Positions 25,693 through 37,585 of a stretch of DNA of 64,000 nt are shown here, piece after piece. The position numbers and the translations under genes were made by a program. The stretch lies in assembly GCF_009914755.1 (NCBI RefSeq), contig NC_060934.1; one strand, written 5' to 3'. Under the pieces are notes generated by a model, which saw only the letters and a program-made list of their open reading frames with translations, was not told where the DNA came from and ran no database searches. Positions within the stretch are counted from its first letter, which is position 1. Each line of letters begins with the position of its first letter. Source of the stretch: the human T2T-CHM13v2.0 reference genome, Homo sapiens.

Positions 25693-28464
25693 CTACAGGC
25701 TTGCAATTTCCTAGGTGCAATAAATTCAGAGGGATTCATGTTTCTAGAGATATTTACAAAGTGGTGAGGAAACACAAGGCAAAGAACAACTAACTTACTT
25801 GGACATAAAAGAAAGTGATCGAGAAAATGTGTTTAAAAGGAGCATACATAAGAACTATGGAAAAAATATGGAATAGCCTGACAGGGGAGAGAAGGGAAAG
25901 GATCAGGTGTAAGTGGACATTTTTAAGATTTTAGGTAATTTGGTGATACTACAGTGTTAGGTACCCTGAGGGAGAGTGGATTAAGGACTAGTTCGTGGCA
26001 AAAAAAGTGAAGGCAAGGAAGCTGAAGATAGAATTACTAAAAATTCTGTGCTCTACTGAGGAGTACAGATGTTATCTTGTATATAGCCTGGTGCCACTGG
26101 ATTATTTTAGGCAGACGAGTTGTGAGGTGTGATTAATGTTTTAGATGGATGATCCTGGTGGTAGTTTGGAGTGGATTGGAGAAGGATGATGCTTAAAGAA
26201 GAAAATAGTTAAAAGGTTGCTGCAATGGCCAAAGGAATGTTTCTGAAGATGAGATGACTTATTAAAAATCTTGCAGAGTCAAATGAGTTTGTGTAATGTT
26301 GGGTTAAATGCAAATAAATATTTCTCTTCTAAGATGTTTCAGTTTTTACAATGTTAATGTTCATTGAAATTCATGAGGGAGACATAGTATGCAGTTTTTC
26401 CCAAATTAATTTGGCCATAGAACTCCTTCTTTCTTCTTCTTCTTCTTTTCAAGAGCCATTTTGCAGAACGAGTGTTCCCTGGAATACTTCCGGAATGCTG
26501 ATTTAGGAAAAGCCTTAGCTGGAATAAAAGGAGGGCACGGTGTGACCTTTCAAAGGTCTTTCCACTCTGTTTCTTGTCCTAATTAGTATCTTGTGCATAA
26601 CGAATCTCTCTGTGCACGTTTCAGTTTTGATTAAATGATTTGGGCATGACTCCTCGTCACCCACTTTTTAAATCAGGGCTAGAGAAACTAATTGTGGAAT
26701 TATTACCTTATAGATAATAAAATCACGCTGAAAGAAAATAAGATTGTAGGAGAAAATTGGGATAAAAATAGAAGCCTAAAAATGGGATGAACAGAAAAGA
26801 GAAGGGAAGGAAAGATGAGGGAAGGGAGAGGAGTGTAGGATGGTGATAAAAAGTAAGGGAAGAAAATTATGAGTATTTAAACAGCCAGCAGCAGCAGAAG
26901 AGAAAATGAAGCAAATGAAGAGGCAAGGGGCAGGTGGAAGAGAAGAAAGAGGACAAGTACTCAGATTTTAAGGCAGGAAATAGTCTCAAAACAAAGAGAG
27001 ACACCAACCATGCCACATGCAGAAATGAATCAAGTAGGAGAAATAATTTAGGCCTAAGGACCTCAAGCTTATATTCTATATGAATTATTAATTTGTAAAG
27101 CTAAGTAATTGTTTTGTATGTCTGATTACTGAGATATATTTTGTTTTAATCTTGAAACTTGAAAATCCAAGCAGATTTATAGATGCATGTGTTTAGGACA
27201 GAAGCTAGGCAAGAAAGTGTTAATTGGTGCTATGAAATTATTATAAGTATTGAGCAAACAACCTACTCTTCTAAATGTAGGGTCTGTTTCTTTCCTACAT
27301 TAAAAAAAGCGAAATTAATTCCCTTCTTAAGTTACTCTGAATAAAAATTTCAGAACAACAGTTTTGCAGTTTTCCATGTGGCTGGTTTTCAGATCTATCT
27401 ATTCATTTCTGTCGGATACTCGGCAGATTGTTTTCTTATTGTGCCTTGGGATTCGAGTTCTGATGGGCCCACTGAGCGAGATCAGTGCTTTGAATTGATC
27501 TAGAGGCATTTGTCTCCTGTGAATAAGTAATTTAGAGTTGAGAGTATATGTAACGCAGTTGAAGTTAAGAGATGTCTTATTTCACCAAGAAATAGGTCAT
27601 TTGAATCCGGAGACACTGAGTGTGCTTACGGTAATTACTGGAAGCAGGTGGTCTTCACAGCTAGTGCTGACTTTGATGAAAGAGACCTCATAGTCTGAAA
27701 ATAGCCCATGTCGTGTTGCGTTCTGCAGGGAAAAATGAAAAAAATTTAATAACCGACTTTGAAGTGAAAACCAATATTCGGTCAGCCCTCATTTATTTTC
27801 CATGGCTGGTTAGAGATACTATTACTATTTTAACTTGTTTCTGTAGGGAAATTGAGAGCAGGATCTTTTTCCCATTTCCTGAATGTAATCCTTAAAAATT
27901 TCCTCCTATTATACCTTTTGCGCTTTGCATGAATTGTTTTGATTTTACTTGTAACTTTTTTTTTCTAATTTTAAAGTTGTGATTGAATAGAAAAACACTG
28001 ATGAATCAAAACCCGGTAAGATATCAACAACTTATACTGTACAGCCAAATCTACTTTTGAAAACACTCAGGTAGTTTCTGCAAAAGTCAGTGGAAATTTG
28101 TTATAGGTGCCTGTGGACCACGGGAAGATATGTTCAAATGTGAGGCAACATCTTGCTGAAAATATATTCTCTTGAAATGGAAATATAGGAAGAGTTATTG
28201 CTTTGCTTTACAATTATTTAATTTTAAAAATTAGTCATCTAAAAGTGATTATTGCTTTCAAGTTATGTTTATATAGTATTAAGTTATATATATTTATATA
28301 GCATTATATTATTTATAGTATTATATATTTATATAGTATTATATATTTATATAGCATTATTTATATTACTTATAAAGTTGTGTGTTGTGTGTGGTGGAGA
28401 GAGACTAACTATATGGCGGATATAAAATATTAGTCTCCTATCAGTTTTATTGTTTTATTTGTGG

Positions 28465-28727
28465 GGGGCGGTACGGCTGCTGTAACAAGTTACAAACTGG
28501 GTGGCCTAAAACAACAGAAATTTATTCTCTCACAGTTCTGGAGGCCAGAAGTCCAAAACCAGTGTCCTTTAGCTGAAATCAGAATTGGCAGTGCTGCCTT
28601 CCCTCTGTAGGCTCTACAGGAAAATGTGTTCCTTGCCTCTTCTAGCCAGAAGACCTTCACTTGTGACCACATCACTCCAATCCTCAAGACCTGTATCTTC
28701 TCTCTGCTCTGTCTTCCCGTCATTTTC

Positions 28728-28788
<61 letters not shown>

Positions 28789-29010
28789 ATCTCCCATCTC
28801 CCAGTACCTCCCTCTTTTAAGGATATATGGATTGCATTTAGGGGCCACCTAGAGAATCCAGGATGTTCTCCCCATCTCAAAATCCTAAACCTAATCACAT
28901 CTTCAAAAACACATTTTCCCATATAAAGTAACATTTGTGATTCCAGAGATTAAGACATGAAGATGTTTATGATGGGAGAGCATGGTTAGGGCATTTTTCA
29001 GCCTAACATC
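28465..29010 (-). mobile_element. MLT1 (MLT1C-like) solo LTR with an internal (GT)n
   Basis: GCTGCTGTAACAA..TAAAACAACAGAAATTTATTCTCTCACAGTTCTGGAGGCCAGAAGTCC..ATTTAGGGGCCACC..ATCTCAAAATCCT. Confidence 0.85.
28732..28779. repeat. (GT)24 microsatellite
   Basis: Read directly. Confidence 0.97.
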
Positions 29011-30780
29011 CTATTCAGTACACATTCTCACTTTCTTTCCTGCCAATAGCATCCTGATATTGTTCAAGATGGCATTGCTCCCATCATATGTAGGTAGTGG
29101 CTTATAATAAATCTAAACCAATTATGGGAGTCTATCTCTACACTCCGTGCAGCCCTGGATGGCCCTATAATCCAATTCTGACAAATGAGACACAAGAAAA
29201 GAATCAGATTGGGAGTTAGTCCTCTGAAGGGAGCATTGGTAGAAGCACTGAATGCAATAGGAATGGCTAACATTTTCGTGGGCCCTATTCTCCACCTTGA
29301 AATTAGACATCATCCTTGTTACCAAGGCAAGTATTTTTTAAATCATGAAGCCAAAAGCTGATAAGCAAAAAAGTGACACAGCTAAGAATGGGAAAATTGA
29401 AATAAGAAGATAATTATTAAGCAGCTTAAACAATACTAACAACTGTCATTTTCAGACTTTTTGATATGAAAAAATATAGAAAATAATAATAATAAATAAT
29501 AAAGTAACATAAACCCATGTATGTTTAACGCACTGCTGAGTTCTCTATTACTGCGGCCAAAAGCATTACTAACAAGCACATTCTGAAATATTTGGAAAAT
29601 ACTGAAGAGCATGAAGGAAAACAGTATCACCATTAATACCAACAACCAGAAATTATCACTGTTAACATTTTGTAGTATATTCTTCCAGCCATACAAAAGA
29701 GATCTTCTTGTTCATTCTATTTTAGAAATTTCTCTTTTAAGGTCTGATTGTGTTATGACCATATAAATATTAATTTGCAAAACTAATATCTGCCTGATGG
29801 CCCATCATTTTGATAAATCATAGTTTTAAAAATCTTCCACCTACCATTTATTTAGAAATGAAAATTTGAATATTTCACGTACTTTCATTTCCCATCCACT
29901 TCTCACAGATCCTCAAAAGAATGTTGTTTCAAAGTTAGTTTTTCTTTATATTGATTGTGTGGGGTTTCTTTGCTCAGCAAGAAAATAGAAAATAATAGTC
30001 CATGAAGAGCAAAATAAGAAAAACAAGTGCTAAATTGTGTGAGTGAGGGCTTCTGAGTCATCAGAAAATGTTTTCACAGAACTTTTCTCACTTGAAAAGA
30101 TCTGCTAGAAAGGTTCTGGGAAGATAATGCCTAGTTAGAGTTGGCTGAGGGAGTGATTATGTTGCTAGGGAGATTCTTTTAATTATGTTTAATTGGTATC
30201 ATATCATCTGTTTTACTGTATTTTTGTTTTTAGTAATTCATTTTAAAGTAGACATTTAAAAAAATCAAAATACCTTTTGTGCAAAAGTAATACTGCACGG
30301 TTACGATTTATGGGGCCTAAAAACACAAACCAGTATGTATTAGTGACACAAAAGAAAAATAAAATATTATTTCATATGTTACCTATTCAAAAATTGAATT
30401 AATTGAAAGCATGAGTCTAACAACTTATTCCCTGTCGCAAAATTTATAGGAGGAATTTAGACCAGTACCTTAAAGAAAGCAAAATATGCCCTTCTTGTCA
30501 CTACACAATAAGAGCACAAACTTTAAAAGAATCTTAGTCTAGCAAATGCTGATTATATCCACGGAAATAATCCTGATCATGGAAAACAGTACGTTGCACT
30601 GGGGAAAAGTGAGGAATGATTTCTGGTTAAACCAGTGACTGACATAGCAAGAATTGAGTCCTGTTCTTTCTCACTGGACCTAGTTACCAGAGGAGTTTGT
30701 AATGAAGTGTTTATAAATGTGTAATTCCATTTTCGTTTTGTGTGTTTGTGTGGGAAAGAGAGATAATGAAAGGAAATGGT

Positions 30781-30794
30781 GTTTCCATGGTAAC
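30781..30794. promoter_or_regulatory. RFX X-box motif GTTTCCATGGTAAC in unique sequence
   Basis: Near-consensus match to the RFX palindrome GTTRCCATGGYAAC; occupancy unknown. Confidence 0.5.
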
Positions 30795-32152
30795 ATAACA
30801 GAAAATCCATAACATGGAAGTGATGTGATGTCAGTGATTTTTTTTTCCTCCAAGGGAAAGGGTGGAAGTACAATGAACATTGTGTTGTCATCAGCCAAGT
30901 GCAAGCATTTTGTGTAATTCAGAAGACACTGAATTTAATTGATAGTTGACTATAATACGGTTGCTCTGGACATGTCATTCCTGTTGCCCTTCTCCTCTCT
31001 CCCTGATATGTAATGTCAGGTGAAATTGCCTTGGCCTGCAGAGTAATTGATAACAGCTTAGCAACACAGGTGACAGAAAGGAAGGGGAAGAGAGTCTTTT
31101 GGTTACTTCAATATTTTTTGCCAAAAATTTGGTGCACTGTACCTTTTGATTCTCTGTTCAATCAGGTGATCTTGAAAATGTCCATTACCAGAACACAGTG
31201 TTTGCTGAGTACTCATCTCAATTGAGATGAAAATTGCATACTATGTATTAGCAGCCCTAATCATATCTACCCATGCTAAAATTAAAAAAAAAAATTAACA
31301 GCACGTTGTGAATTGTGTTGGCAATTAAATGACAATCACCATATTATATTGTATGTTGTTCTCACTTACTAGTTTGGTAATTTAATTTGAACTTGTTACT
31401 AAGATTTCAAGCCATTTATTGGCCGACAGTTATGATTCTTCTTTTCTTTTTAAAATTTTTTCTGCCAAATGATGAAAATATGTCAAAAGGAAAAATTGTG
31501 ACAGAGATAAGTATTGATGGCATCTGGTTTAGGGGTACAGTGGCTTCTAAAAATGATGTGTGAGTATAAAGATTTGAGAGGATGGGGGTAGTGTTGATCT
31601 ATTTATCCACATTCTTCCAAAGTAGGCGGATGGCTCTCATTTCAGTTCAGCTCAGCCAGTATCAGAAAGTTTGTGTTGATTCTGAGTGAAGAAAGGAGAA
31701 ATTGAATTATGCACCCAAATAAAGCAAACTCCTGTCAACCGTAATCAATCGTTTTATTCTTTAGACTGAGACTCCTAAGGAATCTACTGTCTAGATCAAT
31801 CCTTTCTGCTTCTTGAAGTTTCCTGTTTTCTCTCTTCAGCTATTGTGCACTTCATATCTCAAATCTTTGTATTTCAAATCTTGAAAGCTGATTTCACCTA
31901 ATTTCTGTCTGCAGTCATTGTGCTACTTCTTCTACTAAAAAATGTCTTTGATTAATACTTATCATTGAAAAATCCTTAATGTTCTTACTTTGCTTCCTGG
32001 GTTCATCATCAAAAAACTTCAGCTGCTCAAGTCAGTAGTGCGCCCACACCTTAACAAATCTTAAGGCCATTGACTGACCTGCATTCTTGACCTCTTTGTG
32101 GGATTAGGTTCTCCTGATCATCTCCTCCTCAGGAAACATTCTCTTCTTCTAG

Positions 32153-32497
<345 letters not shown>

Positions 32498-33509
32498 AGT
32501 TTTTTACCAGCCTTTCTAAGAGATCCTTGTCTATTTCAGCTCAGTGACTGCTACCATTGTGGTCTAACCTTGTCATTGTTTATTTCTATAGTTCAGAAGT
32601 TTTCTGTCTGCTGTAATACCAAATCCACAATCTACATTCCATGTTATTATTCCGCCTAGACAACATCTTACATATATTGATTAAATTATTTTGATTTAGA
32701 TAACTCGGTGTTTCCTAAATTGCAGTACATTTGCATAATTATCGTTATCTGTCTGAGGGTAAAAAGAACACTCTTTCATGTTTCTCTTTGCACCACAGCC
32801 TTTATCCCAAGATATAGTCATTGTTTTTATTCCTACTATCCCTTAGTCCATAAATCTAATCACTCCTTTATTTCTATTAAATGGACTATATGTCTGTCCT
32901 ATTCCATCACCAGCAGCAGAAGGATTCTGGATATGTTTTGAAGGGATTGGTAATAATATTTGCTATAAATTATGTAAGGGGTACGAGAAAAATAGAAAAG
33001 TCCAGGGTGGTTTTAAGGATTTTGGCTTGAGCAACTGAGCAAATGGCAGGGCCTATTATTGTGGTACAGAACACTGCAGAAGGACAAGATGGGGGAATCC
33101 TGTTTCAGGCATGGTAAATTTAAGATTCCCATAAAATATTCCAATGAACATGTCAGATAAGCAGTTAAGATCTTTGAGTATAATGTCTAGAGGAAAAATG
33201 GCGGCTGGAGGTATAATTTTAGGAGTTTATCAGTTTTTAAAGCCACGGGATAGGACAAGAACACCAAATTATTGAGTATAGGCAGCTAGAGAAGGTATCC
33301 TAGGCCCAGCCCTGGAGTACATCCATGTTTACAAAGCAGGAAGAGGTAGAACATGCTTCCAAAAGAGACTGAGAAACAGCAGCCAATGAGGTGGGAAGAA
33401 AACCAAGAGTGCAGTGTCTTTGAAGACATTTGCTAACAGGTGTCAAGAAGGCGATAACTATGTGGAGTACCTCTGAGAGTCTAAGAAGGTGCGGACAGAA
33501 ATCTCGCCA

Positions 33510-33750
33510 TCAGGGTTAATGCAGCCATCAGGGACCACAGTGCTAAGGACCCACAATACTTTTAGGGGCCCCCAAAATATTTTAATTTTTATTTATTTTC
33601 AAATCGATAGAAAAATATAAATATAATGACAGTGCATATATAAAAATGAAACCTGCCTGGGTTGTATTTGTGTTGATAACAATGCAGTCATATAATTTTT
33701 AATACTGTTTTATGGAAGATCAGGCCCACAAAGGACTTCAAGTGCTCTGA
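33510..33750. mobile_element. hAT-type DNA transposon fragment (MER96B-like) inside an L2
   Basis: GGACCCACAATACTTTTAGGGGCCCCCAAAATATTTTAATTT..AATGCAGTCATATAATTTTTAATA; flanks 32930-34560 are L2-like. Confidence 0.5.
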
Positions 33751-34028
33751 TGAGCATTAGATAGGCCATGTAGATGTCACTGCTCATATTGATAAGAACA
33801 GCTTTGAAAAAGCCCTGGGCACAGACACCCGAGACTTGTGGGTTCAAGGAAGAGGTGGAGAGGAAATTGAATGTGGATCCAGAGATAGCAGTTTTAACAA
33901 ACCATTAAAAGAATGTTGTAAAGGGGTGCAGAGGAAAGGAATAGCATCATAGCTGGAAGAGATGTGGGGTTAAAGGCGGTTTGTGTGTGAGAGAGAGAGA
34001 GAGAGAAAACTGGGAAGACACATCTTTT

Positions 34029-34334
34029 CTTTTTTTCTTTCTTTTTTTTTTTTGAGACGGAGTATCGTTGTCTCCCATGCTGGAGTGCGGTGGCACGATC
34101 TCGGCTCACTGTAACCTCCACCTCCTGGGTTCAAGCAATTCTCCTGCCTCAGCTTCCTGAGTAGCTTGGGTTTACAGGCATGCGCCACCACGCCCAGCTA
34201 ATTTTTGTATTTTTAGTAGAGACAGGGTTTTGCCATGTTGGCCAGGCTGGTCTCAAACTCCTGACCTCAGGTGATCCGCCTGCCTTGGCCGCCCAAAGTG
34301 CTAGGATTGCAAGCGTGAGCCACCGTGCCCGGCT
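34029..34334 (-). mobile_element. AluSx-like
   Basis: Reverse-complement Alu with CTCAGGTGATCCGCC; TSD GACACATCTTTT. Confidence 0.93.
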
Positions 34335-35162
34335 GACACATCTTTTATAAGATATAATTGAAGGAGCAGAGACTTTCAGAGCAGAAGGACATGGGGTCCA
34401 GTACCTGAAGAAAGGAGTTGGCCTAAGATTGGAGCAGGTTTTTCCTGATTATTTCTGCTTTCACAGTGAGATAAGAAGTAAAGTCATTAGCTGAGAGTTA
34501 GGAAGTCTGAACATAGGTGGTAGATTTGAGGAGAGATGACACAATATGAATTAGTCACATTTATCTTGAAAGAATGGATTGTCTAGGGAAACGCAATGAG
34601 ATTACTGACAGAGAATGTAAGAAAATTGAAAATATTAGCAGCAGTAGTTACTTCTGGGCAATAGGATCAAATATTATTTTTATTTTTATGGTTTTTGTTG
34701 TCAAATGTTTTACACTGAAGTTTTCTCACTTCAAAAGCTATTGAAAATTTTAAGCCTCCTATCTTTAATATCTTGCAGTGGTTTCTACGTTCTTTAGGAA
34801 TTTTCTGTAGACCAACTCCAGCCCCTTGTAAGAATTCCCTGAAGACTTAGTCTTCAGTGTATGACAGCATTCTGTAATACATATTTTTATAGGTTATTTC
34901 AACTGCTCACTGTTTGAATATGTTGTTTTTCTAATGAAAGTAGCAACTCTTTACTGCAGCAGCTAGGTTCCATGTAGGTATCCATTGCTGTTAATGTATT
35001 AGTTTACATAAATGTCCTATATATAAATATTGTTGGCACGTGGGTTTTCTCTCACTATTTCACTATTAACATTGTTAAATGGGGGGGGAAAACACATTTT
35101 CAGCAGTAATCTCTCTTACTTCTTGCAGTGTTGCCAACTCTAACATAAGAGCTTCCAGATCA

Positions 35163-35462
35163 GGCCGGGTGTGGTGTCTCACGCCTGTAATCCCAGCACT
35201 GCGGGAAGCTGAGGCAAGTGGATCACGAAGTCAGGAGATCGAGACCATCCTGGCCAATATGGTGAAACTCTGTCTCTACTAAAAATACAAAAATTAGCTG
35301 GGGGTGGTGGCGTGTGCCTGTAATCCCAGCTACTCAGGAGGCTGAGGCAGGAGAATCACTTGAACCAGGGGGTCAGAGGTTGCAGTGAGCCGAGATCACA
35401 CCACAGCACTCCAGCCTGGCGACAGAGCTAGACTCCATCCAAAAAAAAAAAAAAAAAAAAAA
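35163..35462 (+). mobile_element. AluSc (Sc5-like)
   Basis: GGAGATCGAGACCATCCTGGCCAA, GAACCAGGGGGTCAGAGG and CCTGGCGACAG; 15-bp TSD AAGAGCTTCCAGATC. Confidence 0.93.
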
Positions 35463-37154
35463 GAGCTTCCAGATCTTCTTGGTCCTGGACTCTGGGGAGC
35501 ACCACCGGCTCTCTGAGTGCTTGACCTTAAGGAACAAGGTGATGCTTATGTTTCCTTGAGACTCTCCACCCGCCTTTTATTGGCATATGGTGAAATAGTA
35601 TTCATTTTCGTATTACTGCTGCTTCATTCTGTTCCAGAAACGTTTTACATGTACCACAAATATTTGTGCCACATAAAACAACATCCTGTTTTTGGACTGG
35701 CTTGAAGATATAACCACAATGTACAATGTCATTTCCATGGAAAATATCTTCTGACTCTCAGGTAAAATGATTTACAACTAGTGGTAACACTGCCAACCTC
35801 GAATGACTATTTTGATAAGCATGGCATCCATATTAATGGCAAAAAGCAATGACATACGCATTAAAAAGCAAATATTTGTTCTTATTTGGCTCCAGCAAGC
35901 ATTGTGCAATTCAGTTCTTGTGTTCTCCAAGCAGCTGGGAGTGGGGAATGAGTGATGAGGAAAAGCCAGTCTGCTGATAATTCACAAAGTGGATTGTCAA
36001 GAGTAAACCCAAGGCTGTAGTCTCTCCTCCTGCCCCCTACCCCCACCTCACCTTTCTCTCTGCAGCAACCCGGAGCAAGTTTCTCAAAGGAAGCTGAAAT
36101 GGGTATCACCTTGGTTGTCAGGCTCTCAACATCCTCATTAAGAACCTTCTAGTGACGGGCCTGGTGCCTTGTGAGATCATCACATTCAGAGCCACACTCG
36201 GTACAAATCCTCGAGCTGCTCTCTAGTGATGTGGACGAGAGCATTATTTAATCTCCACAGATTAATTTGCTCATTTCAAAATTGGAGATTAAATTAGACC
36301 ATCAATAAAGCCTTGAAAAATATGATTATTTAAATTAGTGTTGGCCTTGAATAGTTTAAAATTTCCATTAATTCCACATGTATAATTCCAGTGGTTATTT
36401 TGTATCAGACATTAAACTAAACATCAGGGATTCAAAGATAAAGCAGAATTCTTGCCTCTAAGTAGTCACACAGCTATGTAAGGAATTGGATGATCATGGC
36501 CTTGTTAACCACATTCATTTCCATGGCAGGAGGAACTTCCTTGTGTTTTACGTTTTGTAAAATTCATTGGTAGGTTGAAGAATCTCCACTTAGACATAAG
36601 TTTAAAATCAGGCCACATAGATCATATGACTCATGGGTTGAATTATAACAAAATACCAGGTCTCCAAGTAGGCAGAGCCACTGCTGCCCTGAAGCTCCTT
36701 GATTTTACCATGAGGTTGGTCTGGGCTGTGTTAGGGTCTTTGTCTCTGTCATAAGAGCCACAGGAGGCTGGACGGTTCCTAAGCAGGGGAATCCCTCATT
36801 TTTGGATTGACTTTTGAAAGATAACTCTGACTGACACATTGGCCAGTGCTGGAATCTGGCCTGTGATATCCCTTGAGATGGTCCTTAGAGATAGCTTGCT
36901 CCCCTCTAACCCCCTTCACCAAGCCTCTCATTGGCAATGTGCATATGGGATTGTGCATGTGGGAAGAACAGGAGGGGGGAGCTGTCATAGGACCTTTCAG
37001 TCTCTCAAAGGAGCCATATTCTTTATCATCTCAGAGCTGTTCATAGTCTGTTTTCTTTGGCCAGAACTCTCCTTCACCTCTCTATTTTTTTCCCAATTAC
37101 CTCTTAAGCATCCTTCAACTCTCGGCCTTTCAGAACACTCACCTAGCTGTCCTA

Positions 37155-37585
37155 TGCTATATCCTATATACTGTAGCTTATTTGCTGTATGCTATATACT
37201 ATATACCACATATGTTATATGCTTTTTACTATATACCATATACCATAATATACAATATACTATTTGCTATATCGTGGATGTATATTACATGTAGTATAAA
37301 GGATAAAGTAACAGTAAAAGCTAAAATGATTAAATGCTAACACTCAAAAAACTCTAAACTCCTTTATCCTTTATATTTTATGTAGGGGACATGTAGTGTA
37401 TACATATATATACACCATATACTATATATATAGTATGTATATACACTATATACTATATATATAGTATATATATACACTATATATATACTATAGTATATAT
37501 CTGTGCTGTATACTATATACTATGTATTCTACATTATGTACTGCATGCTATACTCTTTACACTGTATCCTGCATACTGTATATTT
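37155..37585. repeat. TA-rich low-complexity / degenerate (TATAC)n tract
   Basis: Read directly; contains self-complementary TATACTATATATATAGTATA segments. Confidence 0.85.

Noticed and set aside
28585-28934. CVCVCV / HTHTHT ORFs
   Set aside because: They come from the (GT)n microsatellite within an MLT1 LTR
36839-37294. 151-aa ORF
   Set aside because: Non-ATG start, runs into TA-rich low complexity, and has no recognisable homology
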